The notes below the pieces were generated by a model that was given only the letters and a program-made list of their open reading frames with translations, was not told where the DNA came from and did no database searches. A stretch of 32,000 nt of DNA from assembly GCA_964346695.1 (NCBI GenBank), contig CAYFVK010000005.1:7155-39154 (forward strand), written 5' to 3'. This DNA is from an uncultured Mageeibacillus sp. Its GTDB lineage: Bacteria > Bacillota > Clostridia > Saccharofermentanales > DTU023. Positions 26,423 to 32,000 of the stretch are shown piece after piece. Both the position numbers and the translations under genes were made by a program. Position 1 is the first letter of the stretch, and every line of letters begins with the position of its first letter.

Positions 26423-26444
26423 GCAAACATTTGTTCTTATTCTA
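26423..26444 (-). promoter_or_regulatory. Candidate -10 (TGtTAGAAT) followed by a Cheo/LexA-box-like GAAC-N4-GTTT upstream of ruvC
   Basis: Minus strand reads TAGAAT aa GAACAAATGTTTGC (box at 26436-26423). This is 7 of 8 core matches to GAAC-N4-GTTC, located between the -10 and the SD. Confidence 0.25.
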
Positions 26445-26513
26445 ACATATTTCCCCGCGGGTTTGTCATTCTCGTTATTAATAAGTAAAATCTATCTATA
26501 ATTAGAGGAATCT

Positions 26514-27593
26514 ATGAAAAAACAGGAAAGCAAAAAAAATCAGGGAAAAGACTATTTTACTTTGCCGAAAGAGAAAAAAGCCATTCGCAGAAAATCCTGG
26601 CTGCGCATCACAAAAAATTTTCTGCTCAAAGGCCCCGCATCGTGGCAGGGCAAGAAGGCAGGCCGCGTCTGGACTTATGTCGTGGATTTTCTGCAATTAA
26701 CAGTTCACTTTGACTTTTTCGGTCAGGCGTCTTCCGTTGTCTATTATCTGCTTCTGGCATTTTTCCCGTTTTTGATTTTGGCGATGTATTTTGTTTCCAT
26801 TTTAGCTGCCAACAGCAACCTGTCATCTGAATTGATTCATACCATCAAATCCTTTTTGCCGGGACCGATTCTCACTATCACCGAATCGTTAATTGAAAAT
26901 ATTTCGACTTCTTTATCGGGTTTCGCTCTGGTCGTTTCAGTATTAACAACCCTTTGGGCAGCCAGCAGAGGGATCGGTCAGGTCTTCAGCAGCATTGCTC
27001 AGATCTATCCGCGCCGTGAAAAAGGTCTGACCCTGCCCAACCGAATTATGGGTATTTTGCTGACCATCATCATCTTCCTCATTCTCGGTACGGCCACGAT
27101 TATGATGAGCTTCGGCAGAGTTGTGCTCGATTTTATCGATACGAATTTAAACTTTATCGAATTGAACAGAAGCGTCATAGATCTGATTACTTACGGGACC
27201 AGTTTGCTGCTGATCTTTTTAATATTATTGATTTTTTATTATATCAGTGCCAAGCGTTCCGCCGAAAAAATACCGAGTGTGCCCGGAGCGATTATCGCTT
27301 CGATCAGCTGGATAGTTTTATCCTATTTCTATTCTTTTTATATCGCCAACAAGGCGAATTTAGTCAGTCTTTACGGGAGTTTGGCGAACATCATCATTCT
27401 CATGCTGTGGCTGAATTTTTCCGTGCAGATTATCCTATCCGGAGCCATTATCAATTATCAGATCGCCTGGTATCGCGTACAGAAAAAAGAGTCTCCGCAA
27501 ATTCTGTACAGGACGATTCAAGAACATTTTGTCGATGACAATCCCTTTGATCATCTGGAAACGGATGATTCCGAGAACGATACCGCTAAGTGA
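26514..27593 (+). CDS. YihY/BrkB family membrane protein
   Basis: About six TM helices with the family pattern (SSVVYYLLLAFFPFLIL, WAASRGI, YGSLANIIILMLWLNFSVQIILSGA). Basic N-terminal extension. Confidence 0.85.
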   Translation: MKKQESKKNQGKDYFTLPKEKKAIRRKSWLRITKNFLLKGPASWQGKKAGRVWTYVVDFLQLTVHFDFFGQASSVVYYLLLAFFPFLILAMYFVSILAANSNLSSELIHTIKSFLPGPILTITESLIENISTSLSGFALVVSVLTTLWAASRGIGQVFSSIAQIYPRREKGLTLPNRIMGILLTIIIFLILGTATIMMSFGRVVLDFIDTNLNFIELNRSVIDLITYGTSLLLIFLILLIFYYISAKRSAEKIPSVPGAIIASISWIVLSYFYSFYIANKANLVSLYGSLANIIILMLWLNFSVQIILSGAIINYQIAWYRVQKKESPQILYRTIQEHFVDDNPFDHLETDDSENDTAK

Positions 27594-27645
27594 ATCCGCC
27601 TCAGACATGATCCAAAATATAGTCAGCGCTGTAAATCGGGATTTG

Positions 27646-28248
27646 TTAATTGCTCTGTTCAGCAATTTTAGCGATAAACATTTCTAAAAATTCTTCTGAA
27701 TTGCTCCAGCCCGCACCATCATTTACATCTGAAAAATAAAAACCAGATATTTCATCTAAAGCTTTGCTGCATACCCACTCATAAATTCCTGAATTTTTAC
27801 TTTCATAGATAATCAGAAACAATGGTTTCATTGCTTTATTGCCCAGTGATACAACTTCCTTGTATTGCTTAGAATTTACTACATCATTGTACCACTGCCC
27901 GGTCAACCAATAGTTTTTATCTTCTTTTCCTTTTTCATCAATTTCTGTACATAAATCCTGCAATTGTTGAGCAATATCCGTGAGAGTTTTTTCATCTATG
28001 TTCTTTATCAGCAAATCTGCATCTACACCATTTTCATTCACTTCGTTCCAGACAATTTCTTCGCTATTTTCCGTATTTTCTTCACTACCTACAGAAACCT
28101 GACTTTCTGTTTCTTCGACGCTTACAGAAGTCTCATTTTCTGTTCTCTCATTTTTATTGTCAAAATCATTTCCATTATGGCAGCCTGAAAGAAATAAGAC
28201 AAAACAAACGGTTAAAGTTGAAAAAATAATGCACTTAACGCTTTTCAT
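27646..28248 (-). CDS. Lipoprotein of unknown function
   Basis: Signal peptide with lipobox LSGC, an acidic E/T/S/N-rich linker, then a globular C-terminal part of about 110 aa. GAGGAA SD. Visibly more AT-rich than its neighbours. Confidence 0.7.
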   Translation of the reverse strand: MKSVKCIIFSTLTVCFVLFLSGCHNGNDFDNKNERTENETSVSVEETESQVSVGSEENTENSEEIVWNEVNENGVDADLLIKNIDEKTLTDIAQQLQDLCTEIDEKGKEDKNYWLTGQWYNDVVNSKQYKEVVSLGNKAMKPLFLIIYESKNSGIYEWVCSKALDEISGFYFSDVNDGAGWSNSEEFLEMFIAKIAEQSN

Positions 28249-28270
28249 TTATATTCCTCACATCTTCTTT

Positions 28271-29311
28271 TTATGGCTTATTCAGATAATCATAAATATC
28301 CAGAGAGATTTGCTGCATGACTGCGTCGGCTGAGTATCCGTCGGCATAACCCTCCGACATGATAACCAAAACATAGTCGCAGGCCGGACTTTCGATCAAA
28401 GCACTGTCATGGCTGAAATTATCCGCTTCCCCGGTTTTATTGTAAGTTACGGCTGTATCCGGCAATAAATAAGGTATTTTACCGATTCTTTCCTGCTCCG
28501 ACAAATAAGACAGCATACTTTCCGAAGCGGTTTCACTAACCAATGCGCCATGATAGAGGAGCGCATAAAAATGAGCTACGTCTTCCGCTGAAGTTGTCAG
28601 AGCATAATCCGTGAAATAAGCGGCTAAATAGTCAAAACCGCTTCCGGCAATATAGTAGTTATGAATATGCGTATGATCAAAACCATAGTCTGCACAAAAT
28701 TCATCCAGCAGCAAGAAAGGATTTTCCTCCGGATAAAGCTCTAAAAGCACGCCCAAAAGGCTGTTAAAAGCGGCATTGTCACTGACGGTAATCATGTTGC
28801 TGAGCAATTCATCGATCTCCGCCGAATACTCTAAATGACCGGCATCAATTTCCTGAAAAATCAAACCCATCAAATACAATTTAGCGACGCTCGCCGCGTA
28901 AACTTCCCGATCCTGATAGAGAAACTCATAGTCCGTATCTAAAATTTGAAAATCGATTTGCATGACGCCATTGTAAGAATCGACAGCAGGCAGAATAATC
29001 GTATCGATGATCTCCTGAAAATCTTTCTCCTTGAGGCTGTTGTCAGGTTCCGTCTGTTCCGTCGTCGGAACCGTCAGCGGCAAACTGCTCTGCTCTGTTT
29101 CAGATTGCACATCTGTATCGGTAACAGATTCGGTATTTTCCGTCTCAAGCGAATTATTTTCCTCGCTGAGGCTCTCTTCAGGCATTGTCCGTCTCGATAT
29201 TTTTTCTGAAAATAACTCCGGCTTTCCGCTTTTTAAAATCAAGATCGCGCCGCAGCCGATAATGATCAGCAGCGATACGATTAAGACAGTAATTTTTACT
29301 TTTTTATTCAT
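28271..29311 (-). CDS. Membrane-anchored serine hydrolase with class A beta-lactamase-like motifs
   Basis: N-terminal TM (VLIVSLLIIIGCGAILIL), acidic linker, then SxxK (SVAK), SDN and KTG (NKTGEA). Start set to the ATG at 29311, 5 nt after GGAGG. Confidence 0.75.
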   Translation of the reverse strand: MNKKVKITVLIVSLLIIIGCGAILILKSGKPELFSEKISRRTMPEESLSEENNSLETENTESVTDTDVQSETEQSSLPLTVPTTEQTEPDNSLKEKDFQEIIDTIILPAVDSYNGVMQIDFQILDTDYEFLYQDREVYAASVAKLYLMGLIFQEIDAGHLEYSAEIDELLSNMITVSDNAAFNSLLGVLLELYPEENPFLLLDEFCADYGFDHTHIHNYYIAGSGFDYLAAYFTDYALTTSAEDVAHFYALLYHGALVSETASESMLSYLSEQERIGKIPYLLPDTAVTYNKTGEADNFSHDSALIESPACDYVLVIMSEGYADGYSADAVMQQISLDIYDYLNKP

Positions 29312-29395
29312 ATTTCCCTCCCGGGGTTTTTGACTTATCATGATAACAGGCTCAATTACAATTATAACAGTTTGAGCGGAAAGGTTGCTTTTTAT

Positions 29396-29842
29396 ATGCG
29401 GGCAATAGTACAGCGGGTAAATTTCGCCAAGGTGATCGTTGATCAGAAAACTATCGCGGAGATCAACAGCGGTCTCTTGGTTTTCTTAGGTGTTTCAGCG
29501 GGGGACACAGAAAAAGAAGCCGAATTGATCTGGCGGAAAATTTCAAAATTACGGATTTTTGCCGACGAACAGGGAAAAACAAATTTAGATGTCAAAGCGG
29601 TAAACGGCAATCTGCTGATTGTTTCGCAGTTCACTCTTTACGCGAACTGCAAAAAGGGCAATCGACCGAGCTTTACAGAGGCGGCTCCCGCTGAATCGGG
29701 CAAGCGGCTGTACGAATATTTTCTCTCTTTGGCCGAAACGGAGTTTCCCGATCTGCAAAAGGGAAGCTTCGGCGCGGACATGAAAGTCGAACTGCTTAAC
29801 GACGGACCTTTCACAATCATTTTAGATAGCGACAGACTATGA
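29396..29842 (+). CDS. dtd: D-aminoacyl-tRNA deacylase
   Basis: MRAIVQRV, SQFTLYA, NDGPFTI. 148 aa when started at the ATG at 29396 instead of the listed upstream start. Confidence 0.9.
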   Translation: MRAIVQRVNFAKVIVDQKTIAEINSGLLVFLGVSAGDTEKEAELIWRKISKLRIFADEQGKTNLDVKAVNGNLLIVSQFTLYANCKKGNRPSFTEAAPAESGKRLYEYFLSLAETEFPDLQKGSFGADMKVELLNDGPFTIILDSDRL

Positions 29843-30079
29843 ACTTCCGGCAAATAAATCCGATCGCATTATAATATTTTGGATCAAACAGAATACTTAG
29901 CCTGCCTAATTTGTGATCCGATTGAAAACCCGGCGCACGATAAAACCGGCCGGTACAAGCTGCATACTCCGGGTTTAAGAGGTTTCAGATACCGCTTAAA
30001 CCGAAAATACCGTACTGAGAATGAACACACCATCTATCCGTGTTCAGGGAATTAAGAGCAGAAAGATACTGATCAGCGC

Positions 30080-31534
30080 TTAATGTTTTACTTCCTCAAG
30101 AATCGTCTGATACAGCTTGACATATTCCGCAGCGGACTGATCCCATGAAAAATCTTTGGCCATCGCCTGTCTGATTAATTGCCGCCAGGAATCCGGATTT
30201 TCTTTTCGGACTCTCAACGCTTCCTTAATCGTAAACAGAAATTCATGGGCATTGATATTCATGAACGAAAAACCGGTTCCGCTGCCGTCATACTTGTTAT
30301 AGGGCTGTACCGTATCTTTTAAGCCGCCGGTTTCTCTAACGACCGGGAGCGTGCCGTAACGCATGGCGATCATCTGACCCAGACCGCAAGGCTCAAACAT
30401 AGACGGCATCAGGAAAAGATCCGCAGCCGCATAAAGCCGGCGCGACAAATCCTCATCAAACATGATCAAAGAACGAACTTTTTCCGGATGATACCATTCC
30501 AGATCATGGAAAGCGTTCTCATAAAATTCATCGCCCGTACCTAATATCACAAACTGAATATTTTCCTGCAATAACTCTTCCGCGATATGGAGCAGCAGAT
30601 CCAATCCTTTTTGGGAAGTCAGTCGAGTGATCATGGCAAGCAACGGGATATCGGCGTTCTGTTCGAGGCCGATTTCCTCCTGTAAGGCTAATTTACAAGC
30701 GGCCTTGCCTTTTTTGAAGGTTCGAATGGTATAATTTTTGGCCAGCCGGCGATCCGTTTGCGGATCATAGGACTCCGTATCAATGCCGTTCAGAATTCCC
30801 TTGACCTTCCAGGCTTGTTCGCTTAATAAATTATTCAAGCCTTCACCATAATAATCCTGCATTATTTCTTTAGAGTAGGTCGGCGAAACCGTGGTAACCC
30901 GATTACTGTACAAGATACCCGCTTTCATAAAATTAGGAACGCCGTCCTTTAAGACGCCGTCCTCCGACATATAGCGATCCTGTAACTCCGTCAGATCCTG
31001 AATTCTTTCCTGACCGTGAATACCCTGAAATTTTAAATTATGAATCGTATATAAACATTGCACATTAGTGTGATAACCGTGCGTTTTATAATGCGCTTCG
31101 AGTAAAACAGGAATCATGCCGCATTGCCAATCATTGAGATGCAAAATATCCGGCTCGAATTTCATCGGATCTCCCAATGCTTCCAGCACAGCTCTCTGGA
31201 AAAAGCTGAAGCGTTCAATATCGAAAGCATAATCCAAATAGAGTGATTCATGGCCAAAATAATATTCATTATCTATAAAATATACCGGTACATCTTCGAC
31301 ATCCATCGTGAACAAGCCGCTGTACATCGTGCGCCAGCCCAGCTTATTCATCGACCAGCGCAGGAATTTCAATTTATCGCCATAACGATCTTTAATCTGC
31401 TTATAAAGCGGCAAGATTACACGCGCGTCCTGACCTGTCTTTCGGACAGCCTTCGGCAGCGCGCCGATCACGTCGCCCAAGCCGCCGCTCTTTGCCAGCG
31501 GCGACATCTCTGAACTAACAAATAAAATTTTCAC
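30080..31534 (-). CDS. glgA: Glycogen synthase (ADP-glucose type)
   Basis: MKILFVSSEMSPLAKSGGLGDV, C-terminal GT-B motifs (PSMFEPCGLGQMIAMRYG). GTG start overlapping the glgD stop (GTGA). Confidence 0.95.
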   Translation of the reverse strand: MKILFVSSEMSPLAKSGGLGDVIGALPKAVRKTGQDARVILPLYKQIKDRYGDKLKFLRWSMNKLGWRTMYSGLFTMDVEDVPVYFIDNEYYFGHESLYLDYAFDIERFSFFQRAVLEALGDPMKFEPDILHLNDWQCGMIPVLLEAHYKTHGYHTNVQCLYTIHNLKFQGIHGQERIQDLTELQDRYMSEDGVLKDGVPNFMKAGILYSNRVTTVSPTYSKEIMQDYYGEGLNNLLSEQAWKVKGILNGIDTESYDPQTDRRLAKNYTIRTFKKGKAACKLALQEEIGLEQNADIPLLAMITRLTSQKGLDLLLHIAEELLQENIQFVILGTGDEFYENAFHDLEWYHPEKVRSLIMFDEDLSRRLYAAADLFLMPSMFEPCGLGQMIAMRYGTLPVVRETGGLKDTVQPYNKYDGSGTGFSFMNINAHEFLFTIKEALRVRKENPDSWRQLIRQAMAKDFSWDQSAAEYVKLYQTILEEVKH

Positions 31535-32000
31535 ACAATCACTCCTTTTCCGATAATCACAGGATAATTCGGCGAACCCTGGAGGCGAACTCCTGATCTG
31601 ACTATGGTGTCTTTATCAATGATCACATTATTCAATTCAGCACCTTCCATAATCTGGGTATCCTGCATGATAATTGAATTCTCAACTTTGGCATGGCGGC
31701 TAACCCCTACTCCGCGGAAAAGGATGCTGTTTCTGACTGTTCCGGCAATATCGCAGCCATCGGAGATCAGGCTGTTCGAGATTGAGTTGCCTCGAAAATA
31801 TCTCGCCGGGGCTTCATTTTTAACTTTAGTATAAATTTTTTGATCGCTCTTATAAATACGTTTCAGAACATCCCGATCCAGCAGACGCATGGAGCTGGAG
31901 AAATAACTGGCAGTTGAATGAATACGCAAAACTAAATCCGTGTAGTTATAGCCTCTGATCTTTAACTGTTTATATTTATTCAATAAATATTCCACACTGA
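31531..32000 (-). CDS. glgD: Glucose-1-phosphate adenylyltransferase GlgD subunit (3' part; 5' end outside the window)
   Basis: Left-handed beta-helix C-domain of the GlgC/GlgD family. The frame stays open to the window edge. The GlgD call (rather than GlgC) rests on its position immediately upstream of glgA, as in the Firmicute glgCDA order. Confidence 0.7.
   Translation of the reverse strand, partial: SVEYLLNKYKQLKIRGYNYTDLVLRIHSTASYFSSSMRLLDRDVLKRIYKSDQKIYTKVKNEAPARYFRGNSISNSLISDGCDIAGTVRNSILFRGVGVSRHAKVENSIIMQDTQIMEGAELNNVIIDKDTIVRSGVRLQGSPNYPVIIGKGVIV

Noticed and set aside
1-32000. Searched by eye for CRISPR repeats, tandem repeats, IS inverted repeats, tRNA/rRNA genes and defence-system hallmarks.
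   Set aside because: None was found. Every intergenic region longer than 80 nt was read on both strands and contains only promoters, terminators or the weak structures listed above. Short or diverged elements could be missed without computational tools.

Overview
This is a chromosomal, mostly housekeeping segment from a low-GC Gram-positive bacterium (Bacillota). The gene order (comEC-holA, radC-mreC-mreD-pbp2, glgD-glgA) and the presence of RuvC and QueH suggest a Clostridia/Erysipelotrichia-like organism rather than Bacilli. I support 31 coding regions, 5 on + and 26 on -. In window order: tyrS (5' end outside the window); an AT-rich islet with an orphan HigA/ImmR-like HTH gene and a degraded ImmA/IrrE-like partner; pheS-pheT; a YcbL/GloC-like MBL hydrolase translationally coupled to an MGS-like gene lacking the catalytic residues; pbp2-mreD-mreC-radC with no mreB; asnS preceded by a SEC-C protein gene; holA; comEC; engB; two translationally coupled long PRPP-synthase-like paralogs; nagB with a small membrane-protein gene; one tightly overlapped string ruvC-ruvA-ruvB-queH-rqcH; yihY; an AT-rich lipoprotein gene; a membrane-anchored beta-lactamase-fold protein; dtd; glgA; and the 3' part of glgD. 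I saw no rRNA, tRNA, CRISPR array, transposase, integrase or recognisable defence system. The best candidate for something undescribed is the tandem Prs-like pair, whose active-site motifs are degenerate in a complementary way (17672-20129). Next is the pseudo-MGS/GloC-like pair (5760-6793). All calls come from motif recognition and manual reading; no database search, folding or statistics were run. Compositional statements (AT-rich islets) are by eye.
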